Assembly: GCA_964016885.1 (NCBI GenBank)
Contig: OZ024758.1
Coordinates: 31,248,001-31,312,000, forward strand
Length of the DNA: 64,000 bases
Reading direction: 5' to 3'
Source of the DNA: Eledone cirrhosa
Lineage: Eukaryota
Part shown: positions 54,226 through 64,000 of the stretch, one piece after another
Position numbering within the stretch: the first letter of the stretch is position 1
Layout of the letters: each line of letters begins with the position of its first letter
Notes under the pieces: generated by a model
Told to the model about the DNA's origin: nothing
What the model saw: the letters and a program-made list of their open reading frames with translations, nothing else
Databases searched by the model: none
Translations under genes and position numbers: made by a program

Positions 54226-57200
54226 CTATAGTCTGATGTAGAGTGAAGGCCCATTCACACGGGCCATTCTCGCCACTTTCACCCATCTTTCATAGAAACG
54301 GCTGGGGTGCAGCACCTCTCTCTCCATCCTGATCCTTCTTCCGAAATGATATCGGAAGAAACGGACCAGTTGTTGGCCAGAGAGAAAGGTGCCTGACCTC
54401 AGTCCTTTCAGACGCGTCCACCATACAACCTCTTTCGCCATGGCTATTACGCACAGAAACACCGCCTCTGCTTCATCTTTGAAGGGGGGAGGCGGCTTGA
54501 TCATTACAATCGACTCGGTGGTCAACCGGATCGGTCCCACCCTTGACAGCAGTTGTTCGACATAGCCCCACAGATCGGCTACGCCCGAGCAGTGTACCAA
54601 TGCGTGTGCAACGGTTTCCTCGTCGCACACGCATCTGGGACAGATCTTTTTGGCGGGGTCCCTTCCCGGGCGCCCGTGTCTGTAGAGCCTTTCTCGAACG
54701 GGTAAAGCCCCTCTGTAGCACTGCCAGGCCAGGGACTTCTGGAAGTTGTCCATAGGTCCCGGGCTGAATGTCCTACCGAACAGGCTGGCCAGTTCGTCCT
54801 CCTCCATGTCTAGGGCTTCTCCGAGGGCGTCGTCGCACCTGCTGCGTACCAGCCCTCTATAGAATGTTGCGGTGGAGTCTCCACTGATAACCGGATCCGC
54901 CTGCCAGAGGGCGGTGAGCGCCTGGGCACACTCAGTGTGCCAGGCGCCCAGTTTTCTCGGTCTTTGCTTGACCCAGGATTGCAGCTCGGTGAGTGAGACG
55001 AGTCTGGGAAAGGTTCGTCTCACAAACGAGGCCCACACCGGTTGTCCGGTGAGGAATACGTAGAGGTGCCGTAGCCTTAATGCGTGTTTACGCATCATTA
55101 GCCACGGCATCCCCAGCCCTCCTTTCGAAGGGTGTTGACAGCAGATGGATCTCCTCACCATAGGAGCCCGCCTCTTCCAAAGGAATTGGAAGAGCGCGCG
55201 CTCCATCTTGGTGAGGGTTTCCCTTGGGCAGGGCACTACGGTCAGGCGGTAGTAGATGACGGACGCTATGTAGGTGTTCGCCACCTCCGCCCGACCTTTC
55301 AGGGATAGTTTGCAACTGGCCCACTTCTGGGTCAGTGCAAACACCCTGTTCGTAACCTCCGCCCAGTTTTTCTCCACCTGGAGGTCCGGTCCGAACCAGA
55401 CCCCGAGCAACTTCACCGGGCCCTCCGTCCAGCGTCCGACGACGCTATCGGAGGGCATCGGTCTGCCCCTCCACGTGCCGAGTTGCAAACCGATCGACTT
55501 GTCCCGGTTCAGCTTAGCCCCTGTGAACTTTTCGTACTCCTCCAGTAAGGTGCCGACCGCCTCGATTTCGGAGGCCGTCGACACCATTACTGTCACGTCA
55601 TCGGCGTAGGCCGACACCGCTTTCCGCAATCCCGGTTCCAAAGGGATGCCCTGCAACAACTCCAACTTCCGCAGTAGTGGCTCGAGAGTCAACACATACA
55701 GAAGGGAGGAGAGAGGGCACCCTTGTCGGATGGACCGCTCGATTTTGAACGGCTCCGAGAGGTAGCCGTTCACCTTGACCCTAGAGCAGATGCGGCTGCT
55801 GTGCATAGCAGTGATCCAGCCCCTGAAAACGGGTCCGAAGCCTGCCGCCGCTAGCACCGCATCCAGGTAACCATGGTCGACCCTATCGAACGCCTTAGAT
55901 TGATCCAAGTTGATCAGAGCCCCACCAAAGCCGGGTTCGTTCCCAACCCTCTCTATGATGTATCGCATGAGGTGGAGGTTGTCATGGATGGACCTGGACG
56001 GGATAGCGCATGTCTGCGCATCTCCCACCAGGTTGCCCACGACAAGCGCCAACCTCTTTGCTAGCACCTTGGCCAAAATCTGTAACTCTGTATTTAGCAG
56101 TGTTATGGGCCTGAAGTTACTTATTTCGTCCCCCTTGTTCTCGTCCTTCCTCACTAGCGTGACTACGCCCTTGGTCACAGTACAGGGAATTCTCCCGTTC
56201 TGTTGCCAGTTGCAGTAGACCGCCTCGAGGAGATCGGGGAACAAGTCCGGCATAGCTAGATATAATTCGTAAGGAAGACCATCGAGACTCGGGGATTTGC
56301 GTTTGCCGCATTGGCTCAGCACGTCCTCTATCTCAGCGGCCGAAATCGGCTCCTCGCAGGACTTCGCCTCCCTGTCCGAGAGGCGCGGCAGGCCGTCGAG
56401 GTATGGACCGAAGTCCACGTTCCCAACCGGCTCCCCGCCCCTCCCGAACAGTCGGGCAAAGTGCCTTTGAAAGGCCTCACACATCTGCCTAGGCTCAAGA
56501 ATCGCCCGTCCATCCAGGTCTCGCAAAGACCGGATGGTGGATTTAGTTCCACTGTTGGCCTCTGTCACGCGGGCCCAGCTAACAGCTTTGGTCCCCTCGT
56601 TCCCTAGAGCACGTATTTTACTTCGGACAACGCAGCCTTCGTGCTTCGCGTCGAAAAACTGGCTCAACGCCGTTCTCGACGCTAGCACTCTGGCCACGTC
56701 GCCGCTTCTAATTGCCTCTTCTACTCTATCTATTAGCTCCCTTTCCTTCCTATTCCTATCCGCAGCTAGAACCTTACTAAATTCTATCGAGACTACTCTA
56801 ATCTCTCTCTTTAAAGATACCCACCACCTGCTGTTGACGATCGCTCCAGTCAACCGTTCCTTAACTAACGTACTAATCCGATTCCTGTAGGCTCTACTTG
56901 CCGGCAAGGACAAGTTGAGCTTCCAGTAACCGGGGCCCTGTCTATGAGTTCTGTCAAGGTTGACCATGCAGGTCACTAATTTGTGGTCTGAATAGCCAAC
57001 AATGCGCATTTTTGGACAACTTAAAAAGTCCTTATCCTTAATTCTAACTAAGAACCTATCTAGGTACGACCTAGATGATCCGCTACGATTTGCCCAAGTC
57101 CAGGTTGGCGCAGTCGGAAAATCTAGTCGATATCTATCGGCCAGGTCAAATCGACCGATTAACCCTTTGAGGCTATTACACCCCTCTCTATCGGGGCAGG

Positions 57201-57663
57201 CCCCTACGTAGTCCCAGCGTGCATCTAGGATACCATTCCAGTCCCCCACTAATAGCAAGGAGCGGGACGTCCCTAGAAAAGTCTCCAGACGATGGAAGAA
57301 GTCCGGCCGCATTGACCCGAAAGGGCCGTAGGCGGCTACCAACCTAAACGCTCCGCCTTTACCACTGCCAAGGTCCAGAACCACTAGTCGACCCTCCGGG
57401 TCCAAATGTACCATCTGTGTTGCGAGACCCAGATGTTTTTGCAGCAGAACGACAACTCCACCCCCACCTCCAGGCTGACAGAGAGATGCGTGCATCTCAA
57501 AGTCATCAAAGGTGGGGGCCAGCTGTCGCACGTTGCTGATCCGGGCCTCGCAAATAACCATCACATCTATACGTTGTGACCTGAGGTCATTTAGAAGCAT
57601 TGCTTGCTTCCAAGTTGAGCCCAGGCCACGCGCATTTAAACAGCCTACTCTTAGCATAGCCAT
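54226..57663 (-). CDS. Tx1 ORF2: APE endonuclease + RT + C-terminal Cys/His finger (first ATG at 57663)
   Basis: LNARGL, GDWN, SYLDRF, YSDH, GYWKLN, FRPITLLN, LDQSKAFDRV, RQGCPLS, AYADD, CPRC..ETVAHALVHC. Confidence 0.93.
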   Translation of the reverse strand: MAMLRVGCLNARGLGSTWKQAMLLNDLRSQRIDVMVICEARISNVRQLAPTFDDFEMHASLCQPGGGGGVVVLLQKHLGLATQMVHLDPEGRLVVLDLGSGKGGAFRLVAAYGPFGSMRPDFFHRLETFLGTSRSLLLVGDWNGILDARWDYVGACPDREGCNSLKGLIGRFDLADRYRLDFPTAPTWTWANRSGSSRSYLDRFLVRIKDKDFLSCPKMRIVGYSDHKLVTCMVNLDRTHRQGPGYWKLNLSLPASRAYRNRISTLVKERLTGAIVNSRWWVSLKREIRVVSIEFSKVLAADRNRKERELIDRVEEAIRSGDVARVLASRTALSQFFDAKHEGCVVRSKIRALGNEGTKAVSWARVTEANSGTKSTIRSLRDLDGRAILEPRQMCEAFQRHFARLFGRGGEPVGNVDFGPYLDGLPRLSDREAKSCEEPISAAEIEDVLSQCGKRKSPSLDGLPYELYLAMPDLFPDLLEAVYCNWQQNGRIPCTVTKGVVTLVRKDENKGDEISNFRPITLLNTELQILAKVLAKRLALVVGNLVGDAQTCAIPSRSIHDNLHLMRYIIERVGNEPGFGGALINLDQSKAFDRVDHGYLDAVLAAAGFGPVFRGWITAMHSSRICSRVKVNGYLSEPFKIERSIRQGCPLSSLLYVLTLEPLLRKLELLQGIPLEPGLRKAVSAYADDVTVMVSTASEIEAVGTLLEEYEKFTGAKLNRDKSIGLQLGTWRGRPMPSDSVVGRWTEGPVKLLGVWFGPDLQVEKNWAEVTNRVFALTQKWASCKLSLKGRAEVANTYIASVIYYRLTVVPCPRETLTKMERALFQFLWKRRAPMVRRSICCQHPSKGGLGMPWLMMRKHALRLRHLYVFLTGQPVWASFVRRTFPRLVSLTELQSWVKQRPRKLGAWHTECAQALTALWQADPVISGDSTATFYRGLVRSRCDDALGEALDMEEDELASLFGRTFSPGPMDNFQKSLAWQCYRGALPVRERLYRHGRPGRDPAKKICPRCVCDEETVAHALVHCSGVADLWGYVEQLLSRVGPIRLTTESIVMIKPPPPFKDEAEAVFLCVIAMAKEVVWWTRLKGLRSGTFLSGQQLVRFFRYHFGRRIRMEREVLHPSRFYERWVKVARMARVNGPSLYIRL

Positions 57664-57687
57664 GTTGGTGGTGAAGAGAAAAGGCAC

Positions 57688-59469
57688 TTACCTCTCTGCG
57701 TCCCGGGTATCGGGCTGCACAATTTCCATTAGGGTGGGGGATGGGTTGTTGGGTGGGGTGGTGGTTTGTGGAAGTGTGGGGGCATCAGTGTGTTGTGTGG
57801 TTGGGGAGCTTGGAGTTGTGAGGGTGTTTGGGGAGGGGGTGGGATAGTTTTTTAGGAGGACTCGGTTAATGGGCCCGACGCAGGGGGGACCCACGTCCTC
57901 TTTAAAATTGTTTTTTAAAGTTTTATAGGTGTCCTGTGGGGCCTTAATCATTTTGAGGTGGGGGAAATCCCCTGCCTGGGTGAAGTTAGGCCCTTGTGTT
58001 TTTATTAGATTGTTGTTGTACACAATGTTTAACAGTTTTTTGTTTCTTGTATTTATGTATGTGTATGCATGTTTTTGTTTTTGTGTGGTGTTTTTTGTTT
58101 GCTGTTGTGAGCTCTTTTGTGTTGGTGTCAGTGTTATGTTTTGGGGAGGGGTTTTTTTCATTTGTGTGTCTGAGGTGTGTTTTCTTTTTTTTCTTTTGAT
58201 TGTGTGGAAGTGCTCCTCCTCGTCTGACGACGAACTAGGGTCATCTTCCGCGTTGGAGGGGAGGGGTATATTTTCGGGTTGTGTTTGCGGTACGGGTGTT
58301 TTGGAAATTGTTTTTGTTTTTTGAGTGGAGGGGATGGGTTGGACATTGTTTTGTTTTGGTTTGAGCTGTGGTGGTTGTTTTTGTAGTGGTTGTTGTGGTG
58401 ATTGTGTTGGTTGTGCAGTTGTTGGTGGTGTAGGCAGGATTGGGGTTTTCTTATTAAGTTGGGGACAGACAGCCCTCAGGTGACCTCTGGTTCCGCAGAG
58501 GTAACACGAGGGCCGTCTACCCTCAACGGTAATGTTGATGAAGGTTAGATCATCCAGTATGACGCGTTCAGGGATCTGGGCGATCCTTTCGGGCCTCATT
58601 TGAACTACAAGTTCGAGGCTCGTTCCACTGAACGCGTCACCCGATGCCTTTCCCATGGACACCAGCATGTCATCCTCCAGGTCCAGAAAACCTGTCAAAA
58701 CCCACCATATGTCCATAATCGGCAGGATGGTGTGGATTTTTATTTTTTGTGTTCTTCTACCCATGTACGTAGGGTAGAAGGTGTATGCGGTGGATGTGAT
58801 TGGTTTGATGGACAGTTTCACTGCTGTGTCCCTGTCCTTCATGAGAATGGATAGACTCCCGTAGAGTCTATCCTTCTGAATGAAGGTGATGTCCTTCATG
58901 ACGTCTTTTAAAACCAGCTCTATCTCGCTCTGTGATGGTTGAGCTGGTTTTTTACTTTTGTTCGAGATTGTCCTAAACATGACCGTGTTTAGGAGTCTCT
59001 GGCTTTTTAGTTCCGGGGGGGAATGGATTGTGAATGAACCATTTTCCCCGTACACTATATATTTTTTCGCATCCGCCAGTAGCTCCTTCGCTTTTGTTAT
59101 ATCTACTGGCAGATAGTCGAGGGTTTTCCTTGTCGTCTCGGCGAAGGAGAAATTTTGTTTGTTTGTGTTGTTGTTGTCGTTGGTGGTGTTGTTGTTATCA
59201 TTGTTGTTGTTGTCACCGTTATTGGTCTTGTTGTTGTTATTGTTATTGTTATTGGTGTTGTTTTCTACCGTCGCATTGTTGTTGTTGTTGCTGTTGGTTC
59301 TTTGGGTTGTTGCCATGGTAACGTCAAGTTGTCGGTTAACAGGTGGAGAGAATTCTTCCTCTGGCTGACCTATCTTCTTGACCTCTGCTACTGTGACAGT
59401 GGCAGGGGGAAGCTGTAAGTTCATCTTCCCCTTTCCTCCTTCGAATTTTGGTGAAGAAGCTTCGGCCAT
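57688..59469 (-). CDS. Tx1 ORF1: gag-like nucleic-acid-binding protein
   Basis: 593 aa open; CCHC knuckle CYLCGTRGHLRAVC; Asn-rich and Pro/Gln/Thr-rich tracts; basic KRKKRK. Confidence 0.88.
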   Translation of the reverse strand: MAEASSPKFEGGKGKMNLQLPPATVTVAEVKKIGQPEEEFSPPVNRQLDVTMATTQRTNSNNNNNATVENNTNNNNNNNNKTNNGDNNNNDNNNTTNDNNNTNKQNFSFAETTRKTLDYLPVDITKAKELLADAKKYIVYGENGSFTIHSPPELKSQRLLNTVMFRTISNKSKKPAQPSQSEIELVLKDVMKDITFIQKDRLYGSLSILMKDRDTAVKLSIKPITSTAYTFYPTYMGRRTQKIKIHTILPIMDIWWVLTGFLDLEDDMLVSMGKASGDAFSGTSLELVVQMRPERIAQIPERVILDDLTFINITVEGRRPSCYLCGTRGHLRAVCPQLNKKTPILPTPPTTAQPTQSPQQPLQKQPPQLKPKQNNVQPIPSTQKTKTISKTPVPQTQPENIPLPSNAEDDPSSSSDEEEHFHTIKRKKRKHTSDTQMKKTPPQNITLTPTQKSSQQQTKNTTQKQKHAYTYINTRNKKLLNIVYNNNLIKTQGPNFTQAGDFPHLKMIKAPQDTYKTLKNNFKEDVGPPCVGPINRVLLKNYPTPSPNTLTTPSSPTTQHTDAPTLPQTTTPPNNPSPTLMEIVQPDTRDAER

Positions 59470-59700
59470 TTAAAAAAATATTGACTTTTCAACAAGAAAA
59501 AACTTTTTTTTTTAACTATTTCGCCTAAAGGCGTAGAATATTTTGAGAGACTGACCAGATCAAAGTTTGATCTGGCAGTCCCTCTACAAAATGGTACAAA
59601 AATTAAAGTTATCAGACAAGAATTTCTATAGAAATTTAAACAGAACTTACTCAGCAAGTTATACGCGTGTGTCCATCCCAGAGAGAGAGATAGATAGATC

Positions 59701-59734
<34 letters not shown>

Positions 59735-60122
59735 GTGCGTACTTGTACGTGCATATATACGTATATATAAAAAAAACCTCACATTTTCACACAAACACCT
59801 TACACAAACACACACAAACACACACACATATATATATATATAACATGTTTACAGGAATACAAGAATGCTCGATGCCAATCTATAAAATATAATTGTGTGG
59901 GTGGCAGACATTTACGTTTTTCGGACGGTTTATTGGAAACAACTGTATTTGGCTTTTATTTTTTTTATTGAGTTTTCATAATTATTTGATCTTGTGGTGA
60001 ATGTTTCTTCAATATCATATGATAGTGTATGTGTGTGTGTGTGTGACTGTATATGTGTGTGCATGTGTGTGTGTGTCTGTGTGTCTGTGTGCGTATGAAT
60101 GTGTGTGTGCATGTGTGCGTGC

Positions 60123-60231
<109 letters not shown>

Positions 60232-60274
60232 AAATGACATAAAAAGAAAGATGATAGTTTTACCCGGCTATATA

Positions 60275-63200
60275 TGCTGAGTACGTTTTAAAAAAAAAAT
60301 GGCTGAAGCAATAGCTGCTTCAACATTCGAAGGAGGAAAAAGGGAAGATATGCTTACAGCTTCCCCTTCCCCTTACATAGTAGCAGATGTCTCGGACAAA
60401 GGTCAGAGAGAGGAAGGATTTTCTCCACATGCTGACCAACAACTTGACGTTGCCATGGCAACAAACCAAAACCAAAGGTGTGAAACAATGAACAAAAACA
60501 ACAGAACTGGCACCACCAGCAACAACAACAACAATGCTATGAATGAAAACAACACCAACAACAACGAAGACAACAACAATAACAAGAACAACAAAAACAA
60601 CAACTCCAGCACAAACGAAAACAACCAAACACACCAAAAAGAAAAAAAAAGGTTTGCAGAAAGCCTTGCCAAAGAGACAGAGTTTATAGAAATAAATATG
60701 TCAAACCAAGCGCAGCATCTAAAGGACGCTGCGCAATATATAACTTTCGAAGGTAACGGCTTTCGAATAAGTACCCCACCGGAAATTAGGGCCGCGACCC
60801 TAAGAAAAACAATTTTCTTCCGAACGATCTGCTCACAAACTAAGAAACCTATGGCTTTAAGCAATAGCACGGTGGAAACCGCACTAAAGGAGGCAATGCC
60901 AGACATTTCTTACCTCCAGAGGACCAAGCAGTACGGGAGCATCTCAGTGCTCTTTAAAAACGAGGCCCTCGCGCAGAAATATTCGGTGGCTCCAATTAAA
61001 ACGAGCCAACACATCTTCTTCCCAACATACATGGGAAGAAGAACCCATAAAATAAGGATCTCCCAGATCCCACCGAACACCAACATTTGGTGGATCCTGG
61101 GTGGTTTTTTGGAGGAGGGTGAAGACAACCACCTCTCTGTAAACAAATCAATCTGACAGAACTGGAATGGGACTTCAATGGAGCTTTTGGTTCAAATGAA
61201 ACCGGAGAGGATTGAAAAAATACCGGAAAGGGTGCCGGTGGATGATAACGATGTTGTCCACATCGTAGTGGAGGGCAAAAGACCACACAATGTTTCAAAT
61301 GTGGAAAAAACACACATTTAAAAGCATTTTGCCCAATGCTGGATATGGAAAAACAAAAGAAGGCGTTGTTGCCAACCCCAAAACGACAACAGACACACCC
61401 GAAAACAAAAAACACAACCCCCAAACTATCAACATTCACCCAACCATCACAAACCACAAAAGACACGACACCAAAAATTCCCCTGAAGGACTCTGTCCCA
61501 CCCCTTCCCCCTTAAACACTCCACCACCGCACAAGATACCCCCACCCCCCTACCAACAATGATAACACGTCATCACGGGAATCTCAACATCTCCAAATGA
61601 GGATGAAGAGGAAACCCAAAACTCCAAGAACAAAAAAGACAGAAAAAATATAAAAACATCAACTGAAAACACGCACACACCCAACACTGGCATAAACATA
61701 CCGCCACAAACGACAACCACACCAACAACACAACCAGATACTCCACCAACAAAACAAACACCCATACCACCACAATCATAAACGCCAACCACAAAAAGAA
61801 AACTACAAACAGAAACTGTACACATAAAAACCAAAACACATTACACATACATAAAAACAAGAAATAAAGAACTGGTGGAAACTGTCCGAAAGGACCCCAC
61901 AATACAAACGGAAGGGAAAACCTTCCCCACCAACGACCCACCCCCAAACCTCAAACTTATCAGGGTAACAATCCTACAGTGGAGGGGGAGTTGCTGTTCT
62001 GTTTCGAAAAAACTTGGATCTCAAAGTACAGACGTTTCACTTGGACCCGGAGGGCAGCCTGGTGGTCCTGGACGTGAATGGTAGTGAAGGTGGAGCTCTC
62101 AGACAGGTGGCCGTATATGCCCCGACTGGGACATCGCGACCAGAGTTCTTAAAGCGTCTGGAGCCATTCCTGGGAACGTCTCGCTGCTTAGTGTTAGCGG
62201 GGGACTGGAATGGCATCTTAGATGCACGATGGGACTATGTAGGAGCCTAAAAATCTCATCAGCCAATTCCAACTAGCTGATAGATATCGACTAGACTTCC
62301 CAAGTGCACCATTGTGGACGTGGAGCAACCGTACTGAGTCTTCTAGATCGCATTTATATATATTTTAAATTAGACAGAATGATAAGGAAACATTAAGCTG
62401 TCCACAAATGCACATGGTTGCCTATTCAGACCACAAATTAGTCACCTGCAGAGTCAACCTTGATAAAACACATAGACAGGGACCCGGATACTGGAAGCTA
62501 AACATGTCGCTCCCGGCGCGTAAGGCCTACAGTAAACGGATTAGCATCTTAGTGCCAGTTGACGGGGGCGATCGTCAACAACAGGTGGTGGAGCTCTCTT
62601 AAGAGAGCAATTAGAATAGAATCGATAGCATTTAGCAAGGAAGTAGCTTTAGAAAAAACAAAACTGAAAAGGAACTGGTAGCTAAAGTAGAAGAGGCATT
62701 TAGGAATGTCAGTACAGCTGAAGAGCTAGCAGTGAGAACGACACTAGACCAGTTCTTCAACGTGAAACACGAAGGTTGTATTGTCAAAAGTAGAATACGT
62801 GCTCTAAGAAACGAGGGAGCCAAAGCTTTTAGCTGGGCCCGAGTAGCAGAGGCAAAAAGTGGCAACAAATCCACAATTCGGTCTTTGCAAGACAAAGATG
62901 GACGCATTCTACTTGAATCCAAGCAGATGTGCACGGCCTTCCAGCAGCATTTTGCACAACTGTTCGGGCAAAGCGGTATGGCGAGCGAGGTGATGGACTT
63001 CAGTTCCTACCTCGACAGCGTACCACGACTCTCGAGCACGGATGCAGAGAGCTACGAAAGGCCGATCACAGCGGGCGAAATAGAAGATGCCCTAGGCCGC
63101 TGCGGGAAACGCAAATCACCCGGTTTAGATGGTCTACCCTATGCCGTATGAGTTTTACATAGGCATGCCAAACTTGTTCTCTGGCGTCCTCGAAGCGGTC

Positions 63201-63340
63201 TACTGAAACTGGCAGCAAAACGGGAGGATTCCCAGTTCTGTAGGCAGAGGCATAGTAACGTTGATCAGGAAAGATGAGAACAAGGGGGGCGAGATAAGCA
63301 ATTTCATGCCCATAACTCTACTAAACCAGAGTTAAAGAGT
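60275..63340 (+). mobile_element. Decayed related Tx1 element (ORF1 60299 to ~61975 broken; ORF2 APE-to-early-RT pieces), 3' end missing
   Basis: MAEA..FEGGK, LDVAMAT, PTYMGRRT, HLDPEG, GDWNGILDARWDY, YSDHKLVTC, GPGYWKLN, SPGLDGLPY shared with the adjacent element; stops, frameshifts and deletions. Confidence 0.9.
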
Positions 63341-64000
63341 CTTTCTGACGTAGACATACAATACAACAGGAGGAACATAATAGTACCACTGATGATGTTG
63401 CCGATGTGCAACGAAAGAAATTTGTTAGACTATATATATGTGTTTATATCTGTATTTTTGACCGTTGGTCAGTCAATGATAAACATTGAGGACCAAATGA
63501 ATTAACTGTGTAGATATAAAAGATACAGAAGCGAAAACCAACCAAACATTGAGTGTGTTCTGTTATTATTTCTGGCAATATTATTACAACAATATGACCC
63601 TCCCCAAGTATAACAATATATATATAAAGATATATATAGTAATAATAATAAATTTGAAGACTAAAATCCAAAGAGGGCTCGATAAGGATAAATATATATC
63701 AAATATATAAGAACTGTAGAGCAAATATTTATTAAAATAACATATTAAAGTTTAAGAAAAGAATCGCTGCTTTCACCCTTAACGGGATCTTCTGAAACTA
63801 AAAAAAATCAATCTGTGAACGCAGAAGTAAATATTTCGAAAACCGTTGCAACTGAAGGAAGACAAGAAGACGATACTTTGGTTCGTAAAAACGTTCCCTG
63901 GCAATGAACGAAAAAAAACGAAGATAATACATCATTATGTGGTGCGTAGATAACAACTACACGCAAAGACAAAACCACGTTTATGGTATAACTGAAGTCG

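Larger units (their letters stand above)
53962..59680 (-). mobile_element. Full-length Tx1-clade (L1 group) non-LTR retrotransposon flanked by (GATA)n
   Basis: 5' UTR, two long open ORFs, 3' UTR ending AATAAAAGAAAT; (AGAT)n at 53888-53961 and 59687-59734. Confidence 0.93.

Noticed and set aside
54473-59418. Plus-strand and alternative-frame ORFs over the Tx1 element
   Set aside because: Shadow ORFs of a GC-rich coding region.

Overview
AT-rich eukaryotic (animal) repeat desert with no recognisable intact host gene. The SINE families and the very dense (TA)n/(CA)n/(GA)n microsatellites suggest a cephalopod (octopus-like) genome; that is an inference. DNA transposons: a Chapaev3-like remnant, a Tc1/mariner fragment, a deleted hAT with 8-bp TSD, a Buster/Charlie hAT broken by one stop, and a hAT MITE. 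Non-LTR retroelements: one apparently intact two-ORF Tx1-clade element in (GATA)n, a decayed head-to-head relative, and RTE, CR1/L2 and CRE-like fragments. There are three tRNA-SINE families, a young ~610-bp RTE-derived non-autonomous element carrying a 35-aa C2H2 micro-ORF, and many Penelope-like (PLE) pieces. The most striking signal is about 11 whole minimal type-I hammerhead ribozyme motifs plus several half or degenerate ones, from at least 7 sequence families. Nearly all abut (TA)n tracts, and many sit in fold-back palindromes; in three cases the palindrome turns in hammerhead stem II. All RNA structures were folded by eye, and many boundaries are approximate. Most ORFs in the supplied track (YIYI/VCVC/HTHT) are microsatellite translations, not genes.
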